A stretch of 63,973 bases of DNA, the filler included, from Octopus bimaculoides (taxonomy: Eukaryota): NCBI RefSeq assembly GCF_001194135.2. It is 8 parts of 7 records of this genome, joined end to end, with 100 filler letters (N's around TTAATTAATTAA, not from the genome) between each part and the next. Parts side by side here need not be neighbours in the genome. Positions count along the whole stretch, not along the records: positions 1 to 13,641 come from NC_068981.1; 7 more parts are not named here. One strand, 5' to 3'. The notes under the pieces were generated by a model. The model made no database searches. It worked only from the letters and a program-made list of their open reading frames with translations, and was not told where the DNA came from. Position numbers and translations under genes: made by a program. This document shows positions 1-12,829 of this stretch, one piece after another. Each line of letters starts with the position of its first letter. Within the stretch, counting starts at the first letter, position 1.

Positions 1-34
<34 letters not shown>

Positions 35-1789
35 TTGCGTTTCTGTAGATAGATAGAGAGATAATTACATCTATACAGACACATGTACACAAAACATATA
101 TATATCTATACGCAAAAATATATACGCACACATATATTACACATATGGAAGTATAGATAATCATATCGAAATATGTTAATATATTTGCATATAGAAACAC
201 ACAGCCTGCATATATTTGAGCATCAATGCATACATAATACACATCTAATCTCGGAGTTTTCACATTGATCAAAATGAGCAAGTTCTAACTGAAGGTATTA
301 AGTCTATGAAATCTGTTACCATTGGTAGAAACAGAAGTAATATTTATAAACAGTACCACTCACATGCCGGATTGTTAAGACAATTGTAAGCCGACTCTCC
401 TGTATGTTCTTCTAATATCACACATAACCTATATGTATAGATGAGTCTGTGTGTGTTCAAGTACGTGCATACATACATAATTCTTGAAACAGCGAAAAGC
501 AATCACACATAGGTGGACATATATGGACACACGTGGACATACGTACAAACATGATATGACTAGAACACATATGATATACTGCGATGAGTTGTGGATTGTG
601 ATAACACGTTATTCATCACCTACTATAGTTTGTGTTTTTAAGAAGCAGATGGATTAAACAGGCAGGGAGAGCCTAATAACATATACTAAACTATTCTCAC
701 TTGCTTTTAACAAAAATATTAAATGTGTGTATCTGTGCATGCGTGCGCATATGTATATATGTATATGCATACATACGTTCATGCATACATATAATATATT
801 TCTAAATGAAGATTGGTACGATGTTTCTTTCTACAGCACAAATTTGTACAATTTGATTTCAAATCAATCTAATTTATACTGAATTTAGAAAGAAAATTAA
901 GCTAACATGGTATGTTTTCTTCAATCAGTTGGAACTTATAGACGCCAAACCAGAAATGGGCAACAATTTGCAAAAGGGATTAATTCTCACTTAATTTAAT
1001 TTCTTTCAATTTACATTAATAACTCCGACTGAGGTGTAAATAAATGAAATTACTTTCATGAATAGAAAAAAAAGAGCATTCTAGGAAAAGATTATATGAC
1101 AATCATAATAATATGTAATATTTCAATAAGAATAAATACAGTATATCTAAAAGCAAAATAAATTCATTTGAAAGTGACCATTGCAAATATTAATTACGAT
1201 ATGTAAAGTTCAATCAATGAAAATATGATTAGGTTTATATATTAAATAATGATTTCAAATTTGAGGAAATTAGCCCCAAATAAAGGTAATAAAATGAAAT
1301 AAGATTAGTAATATTTTGGACTTCGACTGATGAATAAATTTCACGGGACGATTTATCAAGAATTTTTAAAGAAGACCAGAAGACAATTGTCATAAGTGTT
1401 CCACAATCACGTATTATAAAACCAGCAATGGCCGGCAATTAAGTTTTCTAACTCATGTGCATATGCTTGTCTAGAACTTTGAACTTATTTAAACACACTA
1501 CCGCACGCGCACACTCGCGCACTCACACACAGACTCATAAACGCACGTATTTATACATAGGCACAAACATACACACTATTGTGTATACGGAGTAGGTGTG
1601 TATAGAATATTGCATATATACATACACTCTGATATATACATGCATATATANNNNNNNNNNNNNNNNNNNNNNNNNNNNNNNNNNNNNNNNNNNNNNNNNN
1701 NNNNNNNNNNNNNNNNNNNNNNNNNNNNNNNNNNNNNNNNNNNNNNNNNNNNNNNNNNNNNNNNNNNNNNNNNNNNNNNNNNNNNNNNN

Positions 1790-1820
<31 letters not shown>

Positions 1821-4800
1821 ACACATTTCTCTATAATTTTATGTGCATATATGTGTGTGAAAAATACAATTATTAAAATTAATATATAGGAGAAGTAAAC
1901 ATTGAACACATCTGAATGAATTGATCAATCAGTGGTAATGAACGAGAAGTTTTTATACGCATATTTGTATATGTTTTTATTTGAACGTGTACAACATATT
2001 GGCAATGATTAATGAACGACGTAGAGTTCTAGGGAATACGCTGCAGATGAAACAATATGAGGACTGACGATTTTTGCGAAGGAATATAGTGTGACATGTA
2101 AAGAATGAAACTAGCGAGGAATTTGATTGAAGTGTCTTAGTGGAAAAGCAGATACTGTTAAACAAGTACAAAGGCGTACAATTGAACCATATAGACATAC
2201 AGATGGCTAATGTATCTCAATTAATATAACAATGCTAGTTAAATAAAAATTGCGATATGATTTCTTACAATCAACATTATAGAGGATCATAAATATAGTA
2301 ATGAATTTTCTTGTCACTTAAGCCCGAAATTAGTCATTTGTTTATCCTACAGTATTGCTTTGGTATAATAATATGATTTATCTAAGAAATATATGTTTGC
2401 ATACAAATCAATGCTCTCCTACCAGTGAGAATTTTCTATATTAAATAAACAGTACAATCCAAACATACTGAGTAGAATGCATTCTTGCAATTTTAACCTA
2501 ATTTCTTTGGAGATTAATACTGAATTTAAGCATATCATCCTCCGGTGCTTATAAAGCAGCAGATAAATTCTTCATGTATCTCTATTTAGTAAAATTCACA
2601 TAACTTACGGAGTGCAAAACATGATAAATTTAACATTATTTCACATCGGAACTCATCACGTTTTCTCAACTTTAATATCCAGATCGAATTCTTTGATTTA
2701 CACGCAAGTCTCTGTAAAGAAGTTTTTTATGCTCCATACTATGCCTATGAACAAAAAATAGAGGGTGGTTGACTATCCCTAGTTTTTGCTACGGCTGAAT
2801 GAAGGTACTGGTACCCACTCCGCTTTCGCCTTCTAAAGAATCAGATTATGCTTTATGCTTATATTATTGACAGAACCATGGAATTCGCACCAGGTATCTG
2901 ATGATTGTACGGGAGATATTAGTGAAACCTGAGCGAAGCTGCTTTATATTCCTGACCATAACCATTATGTCTTTCAAATACTATGTAGCATTATATTTTT
3001 AATATGCAACGTCCTTATATAAGACCATACGGAATTGTTTGAAAGAGATATGATTGCCATGTGCAGCATTTCGAACAACCACTTATAGACTATCTCGATG
3101 ACACTTTGGTATGGGGAGGTTAGTCACCATTCATGAAATATTTGTCTTTGCCACGTTTACCTTACAGAGTTGGTTAAAAATTTGGAACCGAAATTAATGA
3201 AATTGTTAGATGTGCTTTCATTGACATCATGATGAAGAGCTATTCTGGTTGCTGGTATGGATTTAATAATATAAGGAAGAAATAGTGTAAGTATAGATAC
3301 TAGATTTTAACTGATTTATATTTGATTATTGTGCAAATATATTAATAAATTACATAATATGACAAAAGTAACAATATTCAAATAAACACGCATTCAGCAA
3401 ATAGGAAGACAATAGTTCATTTAATATATTCATAACAGCAACTATATCTCCATGAAATCGCATTGAGTCATTGCTAAAAATATAGAGTGGGGAACGGCAT
3501 GTCCAATTGAGTAAATCTTATATATACTATTGTCAAATAGTATATGTAAGAATGTCAATGCGTACTCATAGGTATTGGCGATGACAGCTGATTGGAAAAC
3601 TGAGAGAAACATGAAATGATTGCGGATAGGTATCATAACGTGATTCAATGCTGTATCCGCGAAAATACTCCACTATTTCCATAAGTATGAAATTGTCGGA
3701 AACAATTGTGGACATTATCTGGTTCTCCTACTGACCATAATGACGATATGCGATATCAGTGGATTCCCTTTGAAACATATATCGCATGTTCTTACCTGAT
3801 ACATTCCTTCCCCCTACACACATTGACATATATTATATAATTAACAGCAACCAGATTTACGATCGAAAATCAACGTACACTCACGCATTGATATATTGAT
3901 ATATGAATACTTGTAAATACGTATGTACATGCATATACATGTATATATGTATGTATATCATTACTCAGTTTTATTTCAAGATTTCTTACCAAAGTTCCTT
4001 CACTGGAATTTCAATAACGCCAACATAGAAGTTTTGTATGTATGTACATGTATTGATTTGTGTGTTTTCTTTTGTGTATGTATGTATGTATGCATTTGCA
4101 GGTTTGTGTTCATATATGAATGAATATATAGTGAGGTATGCTAGTGGAATATTTAAATAGATTTAAGTGCCCTGCAACGCTGAGACAGTGCAAATGTATC
4201 ACCGTTATAATGGAATGAATTAGAGTAAAATTACCTCTACTCGATTCAGTTTTAATAAGACAAGATAATTAGCTACTTGGCTTTACACGTAAATTTAATG
4301 ATTTGGGGAGTTGTTGTAACCGCAAATTACTAAAATGGAACTGTGTTGATGTTTAACTAAGTCTAGACATGTATTTTGATTTGAAAGTCTGTTCCGTAAA
4401 AATCGATCGTTATATAACTCAGCATTCTAAAGTTAACGAACTTATCTCGAATGATCACTCTTAATGTTGATTCTTATTAATATCTTAAAATAAATTTGTA
4501 CCATAATAACGGAGTATTTCTAATAAGTAAGTTGATAGTAATAACATCAGAAGAGATTGTAGATGTCACTAAAGGTACGAAATCTTCTACAAATGACAGG
4601 TGTGTAAACTTCATATTATTCAGCATGGGAAATTAAATTCATCAGTCAAGTATTGGGTGCCATATATTGTAATCTACTTATTACCTTTTAACAAAATTAT
4701 GAACTTGTGCCTATGTTAGAAGCTACGATTTAGTCTGTGTGTTGGCAAAATTGTTACAGTATCGAATTAAATGACATGGTGTATTTCTTCCAGTTATCGG

Positions 4801-6338
4801 TGTTTTCTGCTCACGTAAGCTTAGCATTTCCTCTCATGAAGAACTGGAACCAATATACTTGCTCGACATCTCCGAAATCTCAAGCCTTTCGATTATATTA
4901 CAAGTAATCAATATTAATATTTGTGAACCCACCTTTTTTATTATTCCTTAATTGATAAAGTGTTATTTTTATTTCATCATGTTAATGAAATATTTTGTCA
5001 CATGTTTACTTGGGTTCTTGTTTCAGAAATGGTCTTTAAACGAGAGGTTTGGTTATTTTGATTCTGCCGCGTAAAATGTTTTAAAAACCTATTCAAAAAT
5101 GTATCGTTGTGAAAGATATCAATATGTAAAATTCAGAAACGTTATCACGTAAAGAGGAAATTAATAGCAGGGAACACTACAATAAGCAGGAATCAAAATT
5201 ATAAAGGCGTCTTTTCTTTATTTCTTATAAATAAGAACTTCATTCATCTGATATATTGTGAGGAAAATATTAAAAACCCTAAAATAAACACTGTTGCCAG
5301 TATAATATCAGCACATTAGAAAAATAACCGTCACTGTTTCAAGCAGAAATAGCAGAAAGTGTCAAAGACAACACCTCAACAATGAACATCATAGTTTAGT
5401 TACCACTACACTTCAAATTCCTGAAAATATAATAGATAACAAATATAATAAATAACGTACCGGGGGTGCAACTAATGATAGTAAGTCTCGAAAATCCCCC
5501 CCCCACTACCACCAAAAAATGGGTTTCAACCACGGTGGCTGTCGACTATTGCCAATACACATAAGGCAATAACGGTTCGCCAAACTATGCAGTCTTACGC
5601 ACATTTAAAAAGAACAAAGACATTTTGTTACCATTTGAAATATTAGCTCTCTAGAAAGCAGTCAATGCCAATACTTGATATAGACTATTCAATATAGGTG
5701 TGTGAAATGGAAACCATATGTATTAAAAGCTTAATTGCAAAGCAAGCATGAACGAATAGTGATACTGTAGTTCCAAACCGATCTAAGAAGTAAGTGTCGT
5801 GGGCGTTGGGCATTGTCTTTAACTTAATGGAGAGGAGAATTCGAAAATAATAAAATAGTCAAGTCCCTCTTTGAAAGAGTATGCATTAATTTCACTTTCT
5901 GTCGAGTCTAATAAAGGAGGTTGTCAACAACACGTTAACGTGAAAGTTAAGTGAGGTAAGAACGAACTGGCCTGATTCCAAATAGAGGTGCCAATACTAA
6001 ATGCATCCCCAAAACGGCTACAACGTTTGTTTAAAAAGTTGAGATAAAGTAATGTTTGAGTAGACGTATAAAGAAGCGAGAAAGGGAAACAAAATAATGT
6101 TTGTAGAGTAGCGGCAATAGAACTGGCAAAAACAAATATCATAGCAAATAGAGCATATGAGAATACGACTAATATTTAGTGAAACTGCATTTTACTGAAA
6201 TAACCGACAAAATAAACACGCGTAGGCATTCATCAACCTCAGCAACTCTAGTGCAACTTCTCGTGAAATCATGAGTAGAAGGATCTGAAGAACATCATGT
6301 GTCAATGTCAAGCTGAACAAGAATAAAACAAGTGAATA

Positions 6339-6716
6339 TTTATCGCGCCATCGCGAAAGACAAAAAAAACAAAACAGCAATTTATCCGCAGATCAGCCAA
6401 TCACCAACGTCACCAGTAGCACAAGATCGAGAACAACTTAATCACAGACAAAATGAAATAACCAATCAGTAAAGAAAATGTATAAAAAGAGAGAACTTCG
6501 ACCAAAGAGCAGGCCACCAAAGCAAAAGGATTTAACAAAAGCAATCAAGAACGACATCAGCAGAAATATTCTTCTTATTCACACACTGTGGAAATGATCA
6601 CCGATTTAAGAAGAATATGATTCCTATGACGATAGCATTAGTTCTTTTTTAAGTTCTGCCACGCACGCGAAGCGCGGTTTCTTGCGGAGTTGACTCTTCC
6701 TCAATAAAGTGTCAGG
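6339..6716 (+). promoter_or_regulatory. Candidate Pol II promoter plus first (probably non-coding) exon
   Basis: CCAAT at 6397-6401 and 6462-6466, CRE half-site ACGTCA 6407-6412, TATAAAAA from 6481, a CA dinucleotide at 6510/6511 (30 bp after TATA), locally CpG-rich, donor-like CAGG|GTAATA at 6716/6717 followed by T-rich sequence. Motif evidence only; no downstream coding exon found. Confidence 0.35.
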
Positions 6717-7063
6717 GTAATAGACACGCAACGATTTTCGATCGATTTATTCTGAATCGATTTTTTATTTGATTTTGTCTTCTATTTGAGTATATGGTTA
6801 TGAAATACGTGTAGTCATTTTTACTATTTTAATATTTATTACTTTGTACCTTTGTTATTTTTATTATAGGTCTTTTTAGAGTATATAATTACTAAATTTT
6901 TCGATATGTGATTGTGGATTTTCATGGATGAATTAAATAATTGTGTTTTTTTTTTTGTCTAAATTATATATTTATATATTATATATTGTGAAATTTAATT
7001 TAATTTTAATAAATTAAATTGATTTTTTCCCTGTAAACTTTGAATGTTTCCCTAATATTATTA

Positions 7064-7107
<44 letters not shown>

Positions 7108-8289
7108 NNNNNNNNNNNNNNNNNNNNNNNNNNNNNNNNNNNNNNNNNNNNNNNNNNNNNNNNNNNNNNNNNNNNNNNNNNNNNNNNNNNNNNNNNNNNN
7201 NNNNNNNNNNNNNNNNNNNNNNNNNNNNNNNNNNNNNNNNNNNNNNNNNNNNNNNNNNNNNNNNNNNNNNNNNNNNNNNNNNNNNNNNNNNNNNNNNNNN
7301 NNNNNNNNNNNNNNNNNNNNNNNNNNNNNNNNNNNNNNNNNNNNNNNNNNNNNNNNNNNNNNNNNNNNNNNNNNNNNNNNNNNNNNNNNNNNNNNNNNNN
7401 NNNNNNNNNNNNNNNNNNNNNNNNNNNNNNNNNNNNNNNNNNNNNNNNNNNNNNNNNNNNNNNNNNNNNNNNNNNTAAGTTCTTGCGGTGGCGTTTACAT
7501 TTATGGTTACTCGATCCTGGTGTGTACACTATATCTCCTTGAACTTGTTGGCCGCTAGTGCCTCATTGTAAGCGGGAGCCGGTGCGTCGAAAATACCTTT
7601 CGTTTTGGGATTTGGTTCCCTAGATTCTTTATGTGAGTTCGTGTTTTGAAGCATATTCTTTTGTGTATTGGGAGAGTCATTCACTTTTAGTGCCTTATAA
7701 TTTAACACACACAGCGGTAAAGTTTCCACTCATATACTTATTTGCGTTTCTAAAATTTTCGTTGTCTTGCAACCAGTTCAATAGTAGTTGACTCTGTCTT
7801 TTATCCGGACTGCGTTCCTCTTGTTTGTGCGCATGTGTGTGGGTTAGTGTTCATGTGCATACATATGTGTGTATGTATGTATGTATGTATGTATGTATGT
7901 ATGTATGCATGTATGTATATATGCATGTAAGTGTGAATATGAATGTATGTATATATGTGTTTGCGCATGTATATATGCATGCGTGTACGTTTGTATATGT
8001 GTATTCTGCATATTCATGTGTTTGTGTGTATGTGTGCTCGCGTTTGTTTTTATGTGTGCGTATGTGATTGTTTGCATATGTGTGTGTGTTCCTCTGTCTC
8101 CTTGTGTGTGCATGTCTGAGCGTGTCTAAATGTATATGACAATGTACTGTGTCTTTATGTATGTATGTATATCTCCATATGTGTAGATTTGTGTTTTCAT
8201 ACGTGTCCTTGTGTGAAGTGAGGTGTGTCTGTATATGGTCATATGTTTCAGTCTTCATTTGCGTATGTGTATGTGTATGTGTGCGTGCA

Positions 8290-8611
8290 CCCTCTTGCTC
8301 GGCTCTTCGTATTTGTGAGTTTCGCGCCAGAAAACAAAATGTCATCGCTTCTGCACACGCCCTGTTCGCCAAATTTAGCACCTGCCAACTTCCATATCTC
8401 CCCCAAGATGAAAATGCAGCTCGTTGTTGAGATTGAGAGCGAATCGTAGAAGGTCCTCCTTTCGCTTACAAAAACAGCCTCGAAGCCGGATTCCAAATAT
8501 GGCAGGAATGCTGGAACCAGTGCATTGCTGCAAAGGGTGGCTAATTCAAAGGTATATAAGTTATTTTTTAAATAAAAGTAACTATTCCTGGAAACTTTCG
8601 ATAACAACTTG
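8290..8611 (+). mobile_element. Mariner transposase C-terminal remnant with 3' TIR
   Basis: HTPCSPNLAPANFHISPKMK (from 8354) resembles the mariner HPPYSPDLAPSDF.LFPKLK motif. GFQIWQECWNQCIAAKGG*FKG resembles the mariner C-terminus W..RW.KC....G.YFE. Ends ttcctggaaactttcgataacaacttg|TA, a mariner-type TIR followed by TA. Confidence 0.85.
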
Positions 8612-9457
8612 TATATATANNNNNNNNNNNNNNNNNNNNNNNNNNNNNNNNNNNNNNNNNNNNNNNNNNNNNNNNNNNNNNNNNNNNNNNNNNNNNNNNN
8701 NNNNNNNNNNNNNNNNNNNNNNNNNNNNNNNNNNNNNNNNNNNNNNNNNNNNNNNNATATATACACTACGAGCTAAATCCAGTTTCACCCGGTCTGTTTG
8801 GATGATGTGGCTGTGATCGTTTTCGGTTAGGCATAATCTATAACACCGTTTCCCAATCTTATCATTTCGGGTCCCCTGTTTCGATTGGACATTCTAGCTG
8901 TATGAAGATCTCACCCCCACCCCTTCAGAACATGGCTTCAGGAATAGTGAAGAAAAATTTGTACGTAGTCTCGTCTAATCATTATAACATTTATGTAATT
9001 ATGAACATAGAAAGATATTATATATTAATTCCAATTCGTGTAATCAGTTGTATCCCTGAAAATTTTATTTGCAGAGAGCAGAAATTGCAAGTTGTATGAA
9101 ATGTACGCGCGCGCGTGTGTGTGCGTGTGTGTGTATGTGAGAGAGAAAGAGGGTGAGAAAGACAGATAGAGTGAGTGAGTGAATTTGTGTGTCATTGACT
9201 TACGTTGGCTGGCACGGCAAGTACGAAGCTTTTGAGGCGGCAGATGACAGGGGTGATTTGGAAGACATGAAGAAATACCGTCCTTTCAGTGAAGCGCTTC
9301 TTTGTAGGCAACATTTCTCTTTTTCTCTTCTGATGCACAAATGTATAGACTTTGTGTCCTGCCAACACGGGAGCATGCAACTTAAATTTGACCGTGGGAG
9401 AACACTTGCGCTGTAAGATCGAAACCAACCATTTGCAATAATTGACCCTGTGCCTTA

Positions 9458-10063
9458 TAATTCTGCGTATTATGTAGTTGGAATGAAAAACTGTAAGGCG
9501 TGTGAGCAACTAGTTGTGTTAATGACAGACAAAAGGGAAATTGCGTTAGAAAAATTTTAATCGATGGAATAAGACATTCGTATCCGAAAACGGGGGTTTT
9601 CGGCAAAATACGTTTTGTGAGAAAATGGGGTAGGGGGAAGGGCGAAAGTCTTTCTAAAGTATCTTCGCGGGAAACAGCTTCAGGAGTTGTGAAGAAAGAA
9701 TATGTAGGTTGTCTGTTTCTGAGAACTATTCTATTGGACCTCTGTCTAATCACATCTTTTAAGGTACACACATCTACATAGAAAATGGGAGGTCATGGTA
9801 GAAAATATTTACGATAGTTGCTTTATGGAAAAGATTATGTTAACTGTTTGAAATGCAAATCTGTGAATGAAAATGAAGTTCAGATCGCTACATGGTAGGT
9901 AGACCAGGTAGAAATAGCAGCCAAATCTCCCTCAAAACACCCTACAGTTTTAATGCGGTAATTCTGCATGTTATTTAGTTTGAATGAGAAACTGTAAGGT
10001 GTGTCAGCAACTGGTTGTGTTAATGGCAGAAGAAAGGGGAATTGCATTAGAAAAAGTTTTAAT
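9458..10063 (+). repeat. Diverged ~104-bp direct repeat (9458-9561 and 9959-10063)
   Basis: taattctgcgtattatgtagttggaatgaaaaactgtaaggcgtgtgagcaactagttgtgttaatg... versus taattctgcatgttatttagtttgaatgagaaactgtaaggtgtgtcagcaactggttgtgttaatg...; roughly 80% identical by eye. Confidence 0.8.
9885..9950. repeat. Fragment of a third interspersed repeat family (also about 61215-61270 inverted and 63441-63485)
   Basis: Shared motif agaaatagcagccaaatctccctcaaaacaccctac at 9.9 kb, cagagatagtagtcaaatctccttcaaatcacacactaccgtc at 63.45 kb, and the reverse complement (gacggcagtgtgtgtaacttgagggcgatttggctacta) at 61.24 kb. Confidence 0.6.
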
Positions 10064-11061
10064 NNNNNNNNNNATATATGCATGTAAGTGCGCATGCATG
10101 TATATATATGTACGTATGCATGTATGTATGTATTTGTATATGTGCATATGTCTGTTAAATGTCAATGTCTATAATGTTTTATGAAATAAAATAATAGGAT
10201 AATGCAGAAGATATATGTGTTTGCATATATTTGTAGCTATGATTATGTGGTTGTGTGTGAGTGTGTGTGTATGTGTGAGTGCGTGTGTGTGAGTGTGTGC
10301 AGTTCTGTGTTCTTGCATGCTACTTGATATCTGACTATGTCTACATATGTTTGAATGACCTACATAAATGTAGTTTATATACAAATATAAATGCGGGATG
10401 ACTGAACATATATTGCCTGTAATATGTAATTTTATAGATGTCTTTGTTTAATAGCGCAGGTCAATTAAATCGATGGCCAACTAACATCTGTTGTTTGGTG
10501 TCACAATATACACGACCCCACTCCTGGAAAATATGTCGCGAAAATGGAGACATTTAAGAAGAGAAAAAAAGAGAAAGGAGTAAACGTCATGTTTTTCTTT
10601 TAGGACATTTTGTGTGCGTGCTTGTATGTTTTTATGTGTTTGTGCATGTGTGTGTTTGTGTTTTGTGTGTGTGCTTGCGTTTGTGCATGTGTGTGTATGT
10701 CCTTCCCCATATATATATATANNNNNNNNNNNNNNNNNNNNNNNNNNNNNNNNNNNNNNNNNNNNNNNNNNNNNNNNNNNNNNNNNNNNNNNNNNNNNNN
10801 NNNNNNNNNNNNNNNNNNNNNNNNNNNNNNNNNNNNNNNNNNNNNNNNNNNNNNNNNNNNNNNNNNNNNNNNNNNNNNNNNNNNNNNNNNNNNNNNNNNN
10901 NNNNNNNNNNNNNNNNNNNNNNNNNNNNNNNNNNNNNNNNNNNNNNNNNNNNNNNNNNNNNNNNNNNNNNNNNNNNNNNNNNNNNNNNNNNNNNNNNNNN
11001 NNNNNNNNNNNNNNNNNNNNNNNNNNNNNNNNNNNNNNNNNNNNNNNNNNNNNNNNNNNNN

Positions 11062-11109
<48 letters not shown>

Positions 11110-11267
11110 TGTATGCGACTGGCGATATATGTTAATATTATGGAAATGTTGGATAAAACATCTGCCGTGAATTAAATTGCTTGTTTATTCTCTTAGGAAA
11201 GAATATTGATAAAGTTTGTTGCAATCTCATTTACAATTAGTAGCTCTTGTTCTCTTTCTTCTCCCTT

Positions 11268-11423
11268 TACTACTACTACTACTACTACTACTACTGATAC
11301 TGGTAGTAGTAGTAGTAGTAGTAGTAGTATAGTAGTAGTTGCAACAGCAGCAGCAGCAGTAGTAGTTGTAGTAGTATTAGTAGTAGTATAGTAGTAGTTG
11401 CAACAGCAGCAGCAGCAGCACTG

Positions 11424-11480
<57 letters not shown>
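11268..11480. repeat. Compound (TAC)n/(TAG)n/(CAG)n microsatellite
   Basis: Directly visible; includes a duplicated gtatagtagtagttgcaacagcagcagcagca block. Confidence 0.95.
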
Positions 11481-11481
<1 letters not shown>

Positions 11482-11949
11482 GGGAAGCAGCAGTAGTAGT
11501 GACAACAATATCACAAATGCTATTAGCATAAATAATTTCTAACATAGATACATGTCCTAAAATTTGGGACGCAATTACTCAAATGTATCAATATTTTAAG
11601 GATCGGGATACGAAAAACAGAGCAGCTTTTTTTTTGGGTGGGTTTTGAACTAAGAACGTAAAAGACCTTAAGTAAAAACGTAACGAATTTTATTCGACTC
11701 TCCAAATATTCAAACAATGCCCCATTTTGACTTATCATATGCATGCTCCAGAAATTAGTGGGCAAATTTTAGTCATCTAAATCAGGGCCAATACTTGAGT
11801 GGTGCTTTATTTTATTGGCTACAAAGAAATTGAAACGTTAACAGATAACGTCCAGAATTCAACTGAGATTGTACAAGTTTGAACAAATACACCAATGCAT
11901 TTAGCCTGATGCTCTGAATATTCTCCATTTCCGTGTATGTGTGTATATG

Positions 11950-11981
<32 letters not shown>

Positions 11982-12829
11982 TGTATATATGCATATATGT
12001 ATATGTATATATATATGCATATATGTATATGTGTATATATATATATATANNNNNNNNNNNNNNNNNNNNNNNNNNNNNNNNNNNNNNNNNNNNNNNNNNN
12101 NNNNNNNNNNNNNNNNNNNNNNNNNNNNNNNNNNNNNNNNNNNNNNNNNNNNNNNNNNNNNNNNNNNNNNNNNNNNNNNNNNNNNNNNNNNNNNNNNNNN
12201 NNNNNNNNNNNNNNNNNNNNNNNNNNNNNNNNNNNNNNNNNNNNNNNNNNNNNNNNNNNNNNNNNNNNNNNNNNNNNNNNNNNNNNNNNNNNNNNNNNNN
12301 NNNNNNNNNNNNNNNNNNNNNNNNNNNNNNNNNNNNNNNNNNNNNNNNNNNNNNNNNNNNNNNNNNNNNNNNNNNNNNNNNNNNNNNNNNNNNNNNNNNN
12401 NNNNNNNNNNNNNNNNNNNNNNNNNNNNNNNNNNNNNNNNNNNNNNNNNNNNNNNNNNNNNNNNNNNNNNNNNNNNNNNNNNNNNNNNNNNNNNNNNNNN
12501 NNNNNNNNNNNNNNNNNNNNNNNNNNNNNNNNNNNNNNNNNNNNNNNNNNNNNNNNNNNNNNNNNNNNNNNNNNNNNNNNNNNNNNNNNNNNNNNNNNNN
12601 NNNNNNNNNNNNNNNNNNNNNNNNNNNNNNNNNNNNNNNNNNNNNNNNNNNNNNNNNNNNNNNNNNNNNNNNNNNNNNNNNNNNNNNNNNNNNNNNNNNN
12701 NNNNNNNNNNNNNNNNNNNNNNNNNNNNNNNNNNNNNNNNNNNNNNNNNNNTATGTATATATATGTATGCATTTATACATATATGTACCTATACTTTTGT
12801 ACACGTATGCATATATATATGTATCACTT

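Noticed and set aside
1325-1365. CTGATGA followed by a 6-bp stem (ataaat/atttat)
   Set aside because: No GAAA after the stem, so not a hammerhead.
4794-5070. Plus-strand microexon-like segments 4794-4814 (21 nt) and 5027-5070
   Set aside because: Splice-like dinucleotides are frequent by chance; no homology or linked gene model.
6628-6693. Signal-peptide-like MIPMTIALVLF... in the candidate first exon
   Set aside because: In-frame TAA after 11 codons; it would need an unsupported indel in the T run, and even then it ends after about 25 aa.
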